Source: Segatella copri
GTDB lineage: Bacteria; Bacteroidota; Bacteroidia; Bacteroidales; Bacteroidaceae
Assembly (NCBI GenBank): GCA_021628325.1
Contig: JAJXAL010000006.1
Coordinates: 37 to 64,036, forward strand
Direction of reading: 5' to 3'
DNA: 64,000 nucleotides
Shown one piece after another: positions 8,598 through 18,203 of the stretch. Within the stretch, counting starts at the first letter, position 1, and each line of letters begins with the position of its first letter. Below the pieces are notes generated by a model that was not told the origin of the DNA, made no database searches, and saw only the letters and a program-made list of their open reading frames with translations. A program made the position numbers and the translations under genes.

Positions 8598-9134
8598 ATG
8601 ATTCTCATCAAGTTAGCGAAGAACAAGAACAAGACAATCAAGGAAGCGTATGGCAAGTATTATGCGCGACCAGTAGTAACAGAAACCATCGGTATCGATG
8701 AACTCGCCGAACACATGGCGAGCCACAACACCCCGTTCTCAAAGGGTGCCATCAAGGGCCTTCTCACCGATATGGTGAGCTGTGTGAAGGAGCTCGTGCT
8801 CCAGAACAAGGCAGTGAAAATAGACAACCTCGCCATCTTCTCCATCGGCATCATCAACAAGATGGGAGCCGCCAGCATCAAGGAGTGGAGCCTCGCCAAG
8901 TTTGTAGAAGGCTACCGCCTCAGAGCACGTGCTACCGGCAAGCTCAGCAACACCCAGCTCTCTCTCGATGCCAACGCCAAGAACGCCATGGATCTCCTCA
9001 ACTCTAGCGAGAGCGCTGCAGGCGATACCACCACTGGCGATACCACACAGGGCGGCGGAACCACTGAGGGCGGCGGTACATCACAAGGCGGCAGCACCGA
9101 CGGAACAGGCGACAACGGAGACGGCCTGGAGTAG
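8598..9134 (+). CDS. HU-like DNA-binding protein (Bacteroidetes type)
   Basis: GKYYARPV..TIGIDELAEHMA..KAVKIDNLAIF; Gly/Thr-rich acidic tail. Confidence 0.85.
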   Translation: MILIKLAKNKNKTIKEAYGKYYARPVVTETIGIDELAEHMASHNTPFSKGAIKGLLTDMVSCVKELVLQNKAVKIDNLAIFSIGIINKMGAASIKEWSLAKFVEGYRLRARATGKLSNTQLSLDANAKNAMDLLNSSESAAGDTTTGDTTQGGGTTEGGGTSQGGSTDGTGDNGDGLE

Positions 9135-9420
9135 TGATCAGTCTCTCAAATATGCGAAACGACAGAAGAAGGAAGGAGTGAACTGACCGGCGACAGGGAT
9201 ATTCCGAAGGCACAAAGCGGCTGGTTTTCATCCTGACGATTACGGATAAACAGCAAATCATAACGACCCAAGAACCTGCCTTTTACGGGTATCCGGGCTG
9301 GCAGTTCCTCCCCCGCCCTTCTTCTTCCAGAAACGCTTACTGAAACTAAATTTCAACCACTAAAACAAGCATGTGACTATCATTATCCACTTAGTATTAA
9401 TCATTAAAAAACAAAGCAAA

Positions 9421-9513
9421 ATGAAAAAAGTAAATTGGAAAACCATCATCAACTTCCTCATCACGGTATTAACAGCTGTAGCCAGCTCATTCTGTGTACA
9501 GAGCGTAAGTTAA
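9421..9513 (+). CDS. Smalltalk-family peptide, 30 aa (absent from ORF track)
   Basis: MKKVNWKTIINFLITVLTAVASSFCVQSVS; A-rich leader; usual position after HU gene. Confidence 0.8.
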   Translation: MKKVNWKTIINFLITVLTAVASSFCVQSVS

Positions 9514-9576
9514 GCCAGGGATTGGCAGAAACAGACAGATATAAGTTTTTAAATTTTCGTTTATCAGATAAAGCAA

Positions 9577-9612
9577 TTCCCCCATCCCGCTTGAGAAAGC
9601 AGGATGGGGGAA
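9577..9612. terminator. GC-rich hairpin with GAGA loop between convergent genes
   Basis: TTCCCCCATCCCGCTT-GAGA-AAGCAGGATGGGGGAA. Confidence 0.7.
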
Positions 9613-9711
9613 ATTATTTCTGTATAGTAATGCTTTTCATTCTAAGCGAAAAGCAATTCTTATGCTATCCCTGCGCTCCGCTCTGCAGCGTTGCGCAAAG
9701 GATGAGTAAAT

Positions 9712-12621
9712 CTATTTACCTTTTGGCTCATACCCAGTATCATAAGTAAATGTTGACTTATTGAGTACCCAAGAAATCTTACAAGCCCCTTCTTCAGGAC
9801 CACCATTACTTACATACCCCCATCTAGCCGGGTAATTTTTATTGACTGAGCCGTCTAGATAACCAGTATACTTTAAATATTTCGTATTTATAAATCCTGA
9901 GCCACCAGCTCCCGAGTAAGGAGAGTAACTTCCGCCTCCGCCTACGTAGCCACCACCTCCTTGGGATCCGCCATAACCGAACTTATGTCTTACGACTCCC
10001 CCGATTCCAATACCAGCAGCTCTAACTTCAACACCCCAACCTCCCAAATAATTGGCTCCTATCACTGAGTTTGAATATCCAGGTCGAGGTAGCTGAATAT
10101 TACCTGTGTCATGTGTTACATTATCATAAGTAGGAAATGTTCCGTTCATTCCGCCACCATTTCCAGACTTTTTTCTCTGTTTGTAGTCGTCTTGTGGTGG
10201 TCGTGCAAAACTTCCTGAGCCACCTGCTACAAGTAAAAGTTGTTCATTCAGCACATCGGTTTGGTAATTAATATATTCAAATGTTTCACCAGTAGCTCCT
10301 AATTTTTGGATAGCAATATGGCTACCTCCGCCTCCCCAACATACGCCGGCTGGCAGCACTAAGCCACTGCTTTTACCATTATTATATCCTTTGGCATCAC
10401 CAACACAGATAAAGAGTTCCTGGTTTTGTGTGGCTGTATATAAACCATAATTATAACCAGGATTACCTACGTCAAAACGAGTATAATTAATACCAGTATT
10501 CATAGGAAATGCACCTTCTGAGCCCCAACATTCCATCAGATACTCTCCAGCTTGAGGAGCATGAAACGTTTGAAGAGCTCCAGTAGACCAGAAGAGACGC
10601 TGTATTTTCCAAACAGGCACATCAGCTTCAATATTTTTCTTAACTATAGGATTGTCACGAGTAGGTGAAAAACTTATGTTTGTTTTTTTGCCCCAACCAT
10701 TATTAATCTTGTCATCATCTGCTTTAAATTCAGCAGACATACCAAACGGAACAATAAATACGTGTCTGCTGCGATAATCTATAAGACGATTATATTTCTC
10801 TTTCGTTATACTGTTGTATGGTTTGTTACCTATAAAATTGGATGATGGAAAATAGAGCTCCTGACCTTCGTAATATCTATAGTCATAAAAATCTTTATCC
10901 CTTACTGGTTTGGACTTAGATTTATCACCATAGAAGTACATATAACTGTCATTCTGGAATTGTCCAACTCCAGTATAACTAAACATATCCATAACTGCCA
11001 AACCTACCTGATGTTTCAATTGACAAGACCCATTTCCTGCAGCATTAAATTCTATTCTACCCACCTGTAAATCCGCTTTTTTTAAGCCGGACCATTGACT
11101 CTGATCACTTACAAATGGATGATTCTGAATCTTATCAGCAAAGAACTCTTCGGCTGTTTCGGCGTTTAAGTTTACATTTTGCTTATCTGGGCTATATGGA
11201 TAGTAGACAAAATATTTACATGAACGCATATATGGGATGTATTTACCGCCTGTAGTGTAGAAACTTAGTCCTCCGTTAGTAACAACAAGCTGCTCATTTT
11301 CACGAACCAGTTCATTATAACGATTTACTATATAAACACCTACTGCAGCATCCCCCATAAAATTGCTCTGTGGAAAGTACTCTATAAATCTGTCATTGTC
11401 ACCCTTGTCTGTTTCATTCCAGGAGTTATCATACTCTATAGTCCTCCATATTTGATTTACCATATTGGCTGAAAGCCTATAGATGATGGATGTACCTGCA
11501 TTCCATGATTTACCCTTAAGAGGTATTTTAAATTCCTCTTCTTGCCCATTTTTTGTCAAAGTGAAGGACAGCTCAGCCCCCTCAGGCAAAGTCTGAGGAA
11601 TCATCATCAATGTTGAATCACCCAATGTGAGCGCCCTATCTGCCTGACCAACAATAATATCTTGATCGCTGAAATCGAAGGTGTAGGTTGCCTTATCTGC
11701 ACCAAGAGTCCATTTTGCATTTGGTACATCACCATTATTTCCACTATACTTTAAACTACAGGTTCCCTTATTAGGGATACCACGCAATTCAACCTTTGTC
11801 AGTTTTTTCCCGGAACCAACAACAGCTGCCAAATCCTTACTGATAGCGAACGTTACAGCAGTAAGGGCATGCTGGAATTTCAGGGCTGTAGGGTTAATTT
11901 TTGGCTGACGTACGGCTACGGCATAAATCAAGTCGGGCTGTTTGGCTATCTCGTCTTTTTGGGCTGATGCAGTATATGTTATCTTGGTCATTTCATGAAG
12001 AGGTATGTCCGTTTCAAACTGCAGAAATGAGGTTGCATCTGTACTATATGGAGCAAAGGCAGTAATGCCGCAATTTTTGCCCTCTGGCCATACGGCTCCC
12101 TCGATCTTCCAAAAATTATTGTTATCGAATGGTGCAGGTACGGCTATCTCATCTTTGCCATCTTTCTGGAATAACGAAATCCATTCATTTACGCCTGGTT
12201 TAACTCTAACCCAAGCTGATACGCCAAAGCTATCATAGTCTGCAAGTGCTGTCTTTTTGGCTCCGCGGGTCTGCACCGCACTTTCCTGGTCTCCGTCTGG
12301 CAGCGGTGCGCCAGAACGGGTGATGCGCTTTCCGTCCCGGCTCCAGATATGGATACCGCCCTGCTCTATCGAGTGGAGATAGAGAGGCTTGCCATAAGAT
12401 GTAGGCACGACGATAGGTTCCTCGCCCTTTGCAGCGTCCTGGGCTGCACGTGAAGAGGAAGCTGGAGCCGGAGAAGTCCAGCTGTTGTCGAGCGTGGTGC
12501 TGAATACAATTCTGTCATCAGACAGACCCGAATGTTCCAGCGATTCGCTTTCCGAACATGAGGTGAAGGAAGCGAGCACACCGAGAGCCGCCAAGCAGCT
12601 CAGATAAGTTTTCTTCTTCAT
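9712..12621 (-). CDS. Large fimbrillin-family lipoprotein with Gly-rich C-terminal domain (probable tip adhesin)
   Basis: Lipobox FTSC, QTRG site, QPDLIYA/FQHALTAVTF/LMMIPQ, second fimbrillin domain (YFVYYPY, ADLQVG), MECWGSEG..GGGGSHIA..VAGGSG. Confidence 0.85.
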   Translation of the reverse strand: MKKKTYLSCLAALGVLASFTSCSESESLEHSGLSDDRIVFSTTLDNSWTSPAPASSSRAAQDAAKGEEPIVVPTSYGKPLYLHSIEQGGIHIWSRDGKRITRSGAPLPDGDQESAVQTRGAKKTALADYDSFGVSAWVRVKPGVNEWISLFQKDGKDEIAVPAPFDNNNFWKIEGAVWPEGKNCGITAFAPYSTDATSFLQFETDIPLHEMTKITYTASAQKDEIAKQPDLIYAVAVRQPKINPTALKFQHALTAVTFAISKDLAAVVGSGKKLTKVELRGIPNKGTCSLKYSGNNGDVPNAKWTLGADKATYTFDFSDQDIIVGQADRALTLGDSTLMMIPQTLPEGAELSFTLTKNGQEEEFKIPLKGKSWNAGTSIIYRLSANMVNQIWRTIEYDNSWNETDKGDNDRFIEYFPQSNFMGDAAVGVYIVNRYNELVRENEQLVVTNGGLSFYTTGGKYIPYMRSCKYFVYYPYSPDKQNVNLNAETAEEFFADKIQNHPFVSDQSQWSGLKKADLQVGRIEFNAAGNGSCQLKHQVGLAVMDMFSYTGVGQFQNDSYMYFYGDKSKSKPVRDKDFYDYRYYEGQELYFPSSNFIGNKPYNSITKEKYNRLIDYRSRHVFIVPFGMSAEFKADDDKINNGWGKKTNISFSPTRDNPIVKKNIEADVPVWKIQRLFWSTGALQTFHAPQAGEYLMECWGSEGAFPMNTGINYTRFDVGNPGYNYGLYTATQNQELFICVGDAKGYNNGKSSGLVLPAGVCWGGGGSHIAIQKLGATGETFEYINYQTDVLNEQLLLVAGGSGSFARPPQDDYKQRKKSGNGGGMNGTFPTYDNVTHDTGNIQLPRPGYSNSVIGANYLGGWGVEVRAAGIGIGGVVRHKFGYGGSQGGGGYVGGGGSYSPYSGAGGSGFINTKYLKYTGYLDGSVNKNYPARWGYVSNGGPEEGACKISWVLNKSTFTYDTGYEPKGK

Positions 12622-12698
12622 AATTTTTTACTATAAAATTTTTAATTTTTGAGTTGATTACCTGTATCTTAGAAGAGATGAGGATTTTTAATTTTTAG

Positions 12699-12735
12699 CT
12701 TACTGTTATAACTTAACTATTTTGGTGCAAAGTTA
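12699..12735 (-). promoter_or_regulatory. Promoter (TAACTTTG at 12728-12735) next to a degenerate recombination site, ON orientation
   Basis: Homologous to the 1428-1710 unit in flipped arrangement; no partner repeat found. Confidence 0.65.
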
Positions 12736-12804
12736 CGAAATTTTATCTAAATTCCAACATCTTTTTCGGATTTTAACACTCTTAAATCTACATTTTTTTT
12801 TAAT

Positions 12805-12839
12805 CCCCCAACCTACTTTCGCAAGCGGGATGATGGGGG
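12805..12839 (-). repeat. CCTACTTTCGCAAGCGGG hairpin repeat (GCGA loop on minus strand)
   Basis: Copies at 12937-12970, 13404-13428 and 18204-18240; related to 3817 and 9577 hairpins. Confidence 0.75.
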
Positions 12840-12936
12840 CTTAGCTTTTGGTTTTAACCACATCAAAAAACTATAATTAAGAGAACTTGATATACAACTT
12901 TTTTGAACCAATGAAAATATTAAAAAGTAAACAAAA

Positions 12937-13098
12937 TCCCCAACCTACTTTCGCAAGCGGGATGGGGGGAACTATTTTTTATATAATAAACCTTATTTTA
13001 ATATAAACTAGCATTCAGAGAATGCTTGAAAAAAGACAGGAAACCGCTTCACAACGGCATTCCCAACTAAAAAACAAAGTCTGGACCGCTGCCCAAAG
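12937..13098 (-). ncRNA. Candidate structured RNA element, copy 1
   Basis: Same ordered set of three hairpins plus CCGCTGCC as 18204-18362. Confidence 0.45.
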
Positions 13099-13641
13099 AG
13101 TAATATAAACTTTATATAAAATCAAATTTTTTTTTGTAAACCTTAAAAAACAAACTTTTCTAATTAAACCTAAAATTATTATTTTAGAAACTATATGTAA
13201 TATAAACAGACTATACTCTATGATTCAAATAACAACCAAACAGAAGGAAGGATTTATCTCTAAATTTCAAATAGAACATTTTATAAACGAGAATACAACT
13301 CGCGCATCTGCTTTTTTTTAAAAAAAGTAACGCAGCCAGAGGTACCCCACCGGGCACCCTAGCTTGCGTGGTTGATATAATGATACTGTTTTTTTGATAG
13401 ATACCCACCTACTTTCACAAGCAGGCGAGTTCGTATAACTTTATTTAATATTACCTATTTATTCGTTTCGTTAAAATAATATCAATAGATATTGCAATGC
13501 TCTCCACTTCACAGCTTAGAGCAACAGAAAACGCTTAAACATTCCTGGAGCCTCAGCTCCCTATCATACATCAACTATTTAATCTTAACTTAACTATTTC
13601 ACTTCTTTTTGATATGCTAATCAAACATATCAGACCTTGAA

Positions 13642-14679
13642 CTATGGCCATATATCTTGTGTATTTTCTTTCCACGAATTGAGTGTAATCTTGAAATAAG
13701 GGAGAGCCTCTGTTTTAACAATAACACCACCGCCAGTAGAGGTGGAATTACCCGTAATCGTGACATTAATCTGATAACGGTAGTTTGGCAACACCCAGTT
13801 GAAATTCCTGTTTGCATTGCTGTTTAAAATAGGAATCTTGAACTCAGAATTCCATATCTTGGTACCATCTTCTGTCCCGCAGTGGGCAAAAATCTTCAGA
13901 TAGGTTGCATTATCCGCTACCTCACTGTTAAGAGGCATATAGCAGGTATAAGTCAATTTATCACCAGTAGGATTCTCTACTGCCGGATAAGGAACGAAGG
14001 TTCGACTTTGCGGCATCTGAGGACTGTCGAAAATCGGCATATATAACACCTGCTCAGGCACATTCATCAGCTGATAGCTGTCTATCGTGATAGGAAAGCC
14101 ATGCACCCTATCATTCTTCACCGTAAGGTTGAAGGTGAGTTTACTCTGCAGGCGCGTCAACTGCAAATTCAGTGTTTTTTGACTGGTATCATAGTCTTTC
14201 TGGATACCCGCCATCAGCAGACATTCCGGCGACTGTGACTTAAGTCGGTCGGTAAAGGTATGAAACTTCTTGCTGAACTCATCCAGAGTTCTGATTTGAT
14301 AGAAATCATCTACCTTGGCTCCCGATTTGATGGCATTAGCCAATACATAGACCGTACAGCCCGTAGCTTGAAAAGTTTCTAATCTTACTGTTTTTTGTGC
14401 AGCAGGGTCAGTGGTAAACTGCTCGGTCTTGGAATGCAGGAGTTTCCCGTTCTTGGCAAAGAGAAATACAGAGAGGTCGTAGATATTCTTCTCTGCATCG
14501 GGCAAGACCTCAGGAGCTTCAGCACCCGCCATCATAGTGTTGGCAGAAGCCATCACCTTGACGTCAACCCTTCCTCCCCCAATCTGTGCTTCTTCCTGCG
14601 GCGAGCACGCCGCAAGAAGGCACAGAAGGGTTATGAAAAAAGCAGTAAACCCATTATATATTGTTACTCTATGAGTCAT
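13642..14679 (-). CDS. Fimbrial (type V) minor pilin lipoprotein
   Basis: Lipobox LAAC, EKNIYDLSVFLF, VYVLAN, LTRLQSKLTF, PNYRYQINVTI; start placed at MTHRV. Confidence 0.8.
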   Translation of the reverse strand: MTHRVTIYNGFTAFFITLLCLLAACSPQEEAQIGGGRVDVKVMASANTMMAGAEAPEVLPDAEKNIYDLSVFLFAKNGKLLHSKTEQFTTDPAAQKTVRLETFQATGCTVYVLANAIKSGAKVDDFYQIRTLDEFSKKFHTFTDRLKSQSPECLLMAGIQKDYDTSQKTLNLQLTRLQSKLTFNLTVKNDRVHGFPITIDSYQLMNVPEQVLYMPIFDSPQMPQSRTFVPYPAVENPTGDKLTYTCYMPLNSEVADNATYLKIFAHCGTEDGTKIWNSEFKIPILNSNANRNFNWVLPNYRYQINVTITGNSTSTGGGVIVKTEALPYFKITLNSWKENTQDIWP

Positions 14680-14751
14680 AATAGTCTGAATTAAGTGTTT
14701 TAATACTTGGATGAACCCCTCCTCCTGAAGAGGAGGGGACATCTAAAATAT

Positions 14752-15645
14752 CTATTCAAAGGTGAAGTTGTTGTCTACATCCTCGAAAGGAAGTACCTTC
14801 ACAGAGAACTGCGGATTACCTTCTGCATCCTTTGTGATGGTAACATAGAACACTACATCATCCTGCTCGCTCACCTTGAGCGGTTTGTTGTTCTCGTCTA
14901 CGATGGTATCGATGATCAGTCCGCCATCATTCTTGTAGATGAGGAGGCGGCAAGGATCCTTACCGGTAGGCAAGATGGTTACAGGGTCGGTAGCCCAGTC
15001 GGTCTCCTTGGTAGCCTTGCGGCCCGGCAAACGGTAGTTTACACGGTTACCATCCGATGTACCGCTGTAGGCGATACCGCTGTAAAGACCTTCCAACACC
15101 ACTCGGTAGTTGCCCTCGCCATAGGTTGGCAAGAGGTTTTTGGCATAAACTCTCGCCTTGGCGGTCTTGTCCTGCATATATACGATATGCTCCTGATTGG
15201 TATTGGTATGGCTATAAACCGTGAGTTTGCCATGATACTTAGGAGTGAGAGGGGCTGCGATGCTATCGCCCTGGATATGCATCTGGAGCCACACATTGTG
15301 AATAGACTCACCGATGACAGGCTCGTTGACCTTCATCTTCTCATCCTGCTCGCTATGGAGCGCTACGAAGGTAAGACTGTCGTTACCTTCAAGGTCGGAG
15401 TCAATATGGAATTGTCCATCTTCCCCGATGGTATATTTACCTGCTAATATGTTGTTCTTAAAAGCATATAGCGTATTCACGGAAGCAACAGAACCAGGAA
15501 GTACCTGGTCTGTTCCATCGGCAATTCGCAGAATGACATCGTAATGCCTGCGTGCAGGGTATTCATCGTAAATGCTGCATGCCGACAACAATAGCAGAGC
15601 TACTGCACATAGCGTGATACTTCTAATGATTCTGTTACTTGTCAT
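14752..15645 (-). CDS. FimB/Mfa2-family anchor pilin
   Basis: Lipobox LSAC-SIYDEYP, no Arg propeptide site, follows the major pilin. Confidence 0.7.
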   Translation of the reverse strand: MTSNRIIRSITLCAVALLLLSACSIYDEYPARRHYDVILRIADGTDQVLPGSVASVNTLYAFKNNILAGKYTIGEDGQFHIDSDLEGNDSLTFVALHSEQDEKMKVNEPVIGESIHNVWLQMHIQGDSIAAPLTPKYHGKLTVYSHTNTNQEHIVYMQDKTAKARVYAKNLLPTYGEGNYRVVLEGLYSGIAYSGTSDGNRVNYRLPGRKATKETDWATDPVTILPTGKDPCRLLIYKNDGGLIIDTIVDENNKPLKVSEQDDVVFYVTITKDAEGNPQFSVKVLPFEDVDNNFTFE

Positions 15646-15687
15646 AATGATCTACAATAATTATCTCTTATAGGTTTTAAAAGCGAT

Positions 15688-16818
15688 TTACTGGAATGTA
15701 GTATTCTGCAATACGTCAACCCAGTTCTCTGCCTCAACGTTGATTTCAGCAACCTGTGGCTGTGTAGCATCCCATGGATCATCAGAACCCTTCTTCTTGA
15801 TAGTAACATTACACTTGTAGTTCTTACCTGGAGAAGTTGCGAATACCATAGCCTCACCATCAGCTGAATCATAGGTACCATCTACAACTGCTACGTTCAA
15901 AGGCAAAGCATAGTAAACAACCTCTGCATTAGCACCTGTACCAGGATTATACTGACCCTTCAATACAAGACGGGTATTGTTACCTGTCTGGGTCTTGTTA
16001 GGTGTGGTATACAGGAATGAATTCTCGCCAGCAGCTGTAACCGCCTTGTGCAAATTCTGATCACTCTCTGTTGTGTTATCTGCCTTGCTGAAGATACCAT
16101 GGATGAAATCATTTTTAGGATCTGTCAAACCATCAACCCAACCAGTCTTGGAATAAGCGAAATTCTTTGGCAGGTGAGTAAGATAGATGTCGCTAACCTC
16201 GAAGGTAGCACCACCAGGCAACTGTACATCCAACTGATTCAATGTTACGCGAGATACCAGGTTCTTAACTCTTACATCTGCTTTGAATGTGAGTGGTAGA
16301 TTACCCTGCGTCAGCTTTGTTTCGCCATACTTAGGCAACAGCTTGCTATCCTTCACAACAGCTTTAGCTGATTCAAGAGTAACCTGGTTGAAAGCATCCT
16401 TGGTGGCAGCCTTCTCAAGATCAGCCTTCTTCTCATTGGTGTTAGCCACTACTACAACCTCGTCGTCAATAGTAAGGTCGGTAGCAAAAATCTTAACCTC
16501 TGCCTTAGAAGAACCAGGAGTTGTTACCAGCTCAGCAGCCTTGAAGCTGCGAACGATACGCTTGTTACCGGTCTTATCGAAAATACCTACTGTAAGGTCC
16601 TCGATATGCTTCTCGTTGTCGGTCAATTTGGTTGTTGTTGTTTCTCCAGCACGAGACATCATCTTGCCTGTGTTGATAGTGAGCACCACGAGACTCTCTC
16701 TCTGAGGAGCTGGATTACCACCACTCTGCTGATCATCGTCAGAAGAGCATGAAGAGAAACAAACTAAAGCGGCTGCCGCAGCGAGGAAGCCCATACGAAT
16801 TGTCTTGAAAGTTTTCAT
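15688..16818 (-). CDS. Major fimbrial subunit (FimA/Mfa1-like)
   Basis: Lipobox FSSC, MSRA site, EKHIEDLTVGIFD, VVVVAN, TRLVLKGQY, C-terminal NWVDV donor strand. Confidence 0.8.
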   Translation of the reverse strand: MKTFKTIRMGFLAAAAALVCFSSCSSDDDQQSGGNPAPQRESLVVLTINTGKMMSRAGETTTTKLTDNEKHIEDLTVGIFDKTGNKRIVRSFKAAELVTTPGSSKAEVKIFATDLTIDDEVVVVANTNEKKADLEKAATKDAFNQVTLESAKAVVKDSKLLPKYGETKLTQGNLPLTFKADVRVKNLVSRVTLNQLDVQLPGGATFEVSDIYLTHLPKNFAYSKTGWVDGLTDPKNDFIHGIFSKADNTTESDQNLHKAVTAAGENSFLYTTPNKTQTGNNTRLVLKGQYNPGTGANAEVVYYALPLNVAVVDGTYDSADGEAMVFATSPGKNYKCNVTIKKKGSDDPWDATQPQVAEINVEAENWVDVLQNTTFQ

Positions 16819-16891
16819 ATTATGAACTGTTTTTTTGAAAAATGTTATGAATAAAATTATTAATTAATAAATTGAAAAATAGCTAATCTTT

Positions 16892-18136
16892 TTAAAGCTT
16901 GAATACCAGGGATACACCCGAACCGAGAGGCAGGAAGGTTACGCTGGAGAACTTGCCCTCCTTAACCGGCTTTTCACCGTTGGTATAGCGGCGGTATGAG
17001 CAGCTCACCACATCAGCACAGAGGGTGAAATCCATAGCGAAACGCTCGGAGAGAGCGAGATGATAACCCGCACCGATACCTCCACCCATGAAGTGGCCCT
17101 GCCGCTGTTTGCCATACAGTCCGCCGATATGGAGCTTGTCTATATTGAATCCGCCCCAAACCACATTGGCACTCAGGAAGAATTTCTCGTATGCCTTGGT
17201 AAACCAATAGCGGTATTCCGGCTGTACAGAGTAGTTCTTATACGTAGAACCGCCATAGCGGAAAGGATTATAGGTAAGCATGAGGCTGATGGTAGAATGC
17301 TGGGAAATCTTGATTTCTCCACCCAGCGAAGCAATACCCTGTGCATCGTAGAGCAGATTGCTCTTGATGCCAAACATAAACTCCTTGGCAATGACCGGAG
17401 GTACGGTATCTACCGGAGCTTGAATGATTACGGTATCGGTCTTCTCTACCGTTACGGTATCAATCTTCTCTACTGTTACGGTATCGGTCTTCTGAACCAC
17501 TATCGGTTCCGGCTCCTTAGGAGGTGGAGGAGTTTCTACCTGATAACGTACAATCACATCGGTGCGGCGGGTTGCCTGGAAGTAATTGTCCTTCATAAAC
17601 TGCCATGCTTTACCCCCAGCGAGTGACTGGAGCTGGGTTTTTCTCTGGTCGATTACTCTACCATTACGGGTATGCACCACAGGAGTGTTCTTGATGATAG
17701 AAAGCGCCTCGAAACGCTGCGGCATATCACCATTCTCGATGAGTCGCTGCAACGTAGCCCAGTCAACACCATGCGACTTGTACTTCACCGTGTTGCTGAC
17801 AATTGGCATATACAATCCCAACTGCTTCACTACAGCGTTAGCTCTCTGTCGTGAAAGTTTCTCGTTGATAGCGGTACTACCGGTAGGGGAACTGTATCCC
17901 GCCGTAGACACACCGACTATCTTCACTTTGTTTTTCTGACCCTCATTGCCAAACAACCTTCTGTACCGGTCGAGGAAGGCATCGAGTCGTTGCTGATTTT
18001 CAGGCACCGCCAGATCAATGTCTGTATTACCTTCTGTGTGCAAAATGGTGAGAGTATCCACACTGGTCTGCGCAAAGGCAGCAGTTGGTAACACCATTAG
18101 CAGAAGAGCGATGACAATCTTACCAATTTTCTTCAT
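16892..18136 (-). CDS. OmpA-like + DUF3575 outer-membrane protein
   Basis: GYSSPTG..NEKLSRQRA, GVDW, FGIKSNLLYD, QPEYRYWF. Confidence 0.85.
   Translation of the reverse strand: MKKIGKIVIALLLMVLPTAAFAQTSVDTLTILHTEGNTDIDLAVPENQQRLDAFLDRYRRLFGNEGQKNKVKIVGVSTAGYSSPTGSTAINEKLSRQRANAVVKQLGLYMPIVSNTVKYKSHGVDWATLQRLIENGDMPQRFEALSIIKNTPVVHTRNGRVIDQRKTQLQSLAGGKAWQFMKDNYFQATRRTDVIVRYQVETPPPPKEPEPIVVQKTDTVTVEKIDTVTVEKTDTVIIQAPVDTVPPVIAKEFMFGIKSNLLYDAQGIASLGGEIKISQHSTISLMLTYNPFRYGGSTYKNYSVQPEYRYWFTKAYEKFFLSANVVWGGFNIDKLHIGGLYGKQRQGHFMGGGIGAGYHLALSERFAMDFTLCADVVSCSYRRYTNGEKPVKEGKFSSVTFLPLGSGVSLVFKL
17428..17499. repeat. Three in-frame 24-bp repeats encoding K(T/I)DTV units
   Basis: TTACGGTATC(GG/AA)TCTTCT.. 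at 17428, 17452, 17476. Confidence 0.85.
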
Positions 18137-18203
18137 TTTTTTACATTATCTTATATTGAGTTAATAATTACCATTTATATATCTAAAAAGACTTCCTTTA
18201 AGT

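Noticed and set aside
1711..12621. Diversity-generating retroelement acting on tip pilins
   Set aside because: No reverse transcriptase and no adenine-mismatched TR/VR pair seen in the window
13211..13408. 65-aa ORF in the pilus intergenic region
   Set aside because: No motif, AT-rich, overlaps hairpin elements; likely spurious
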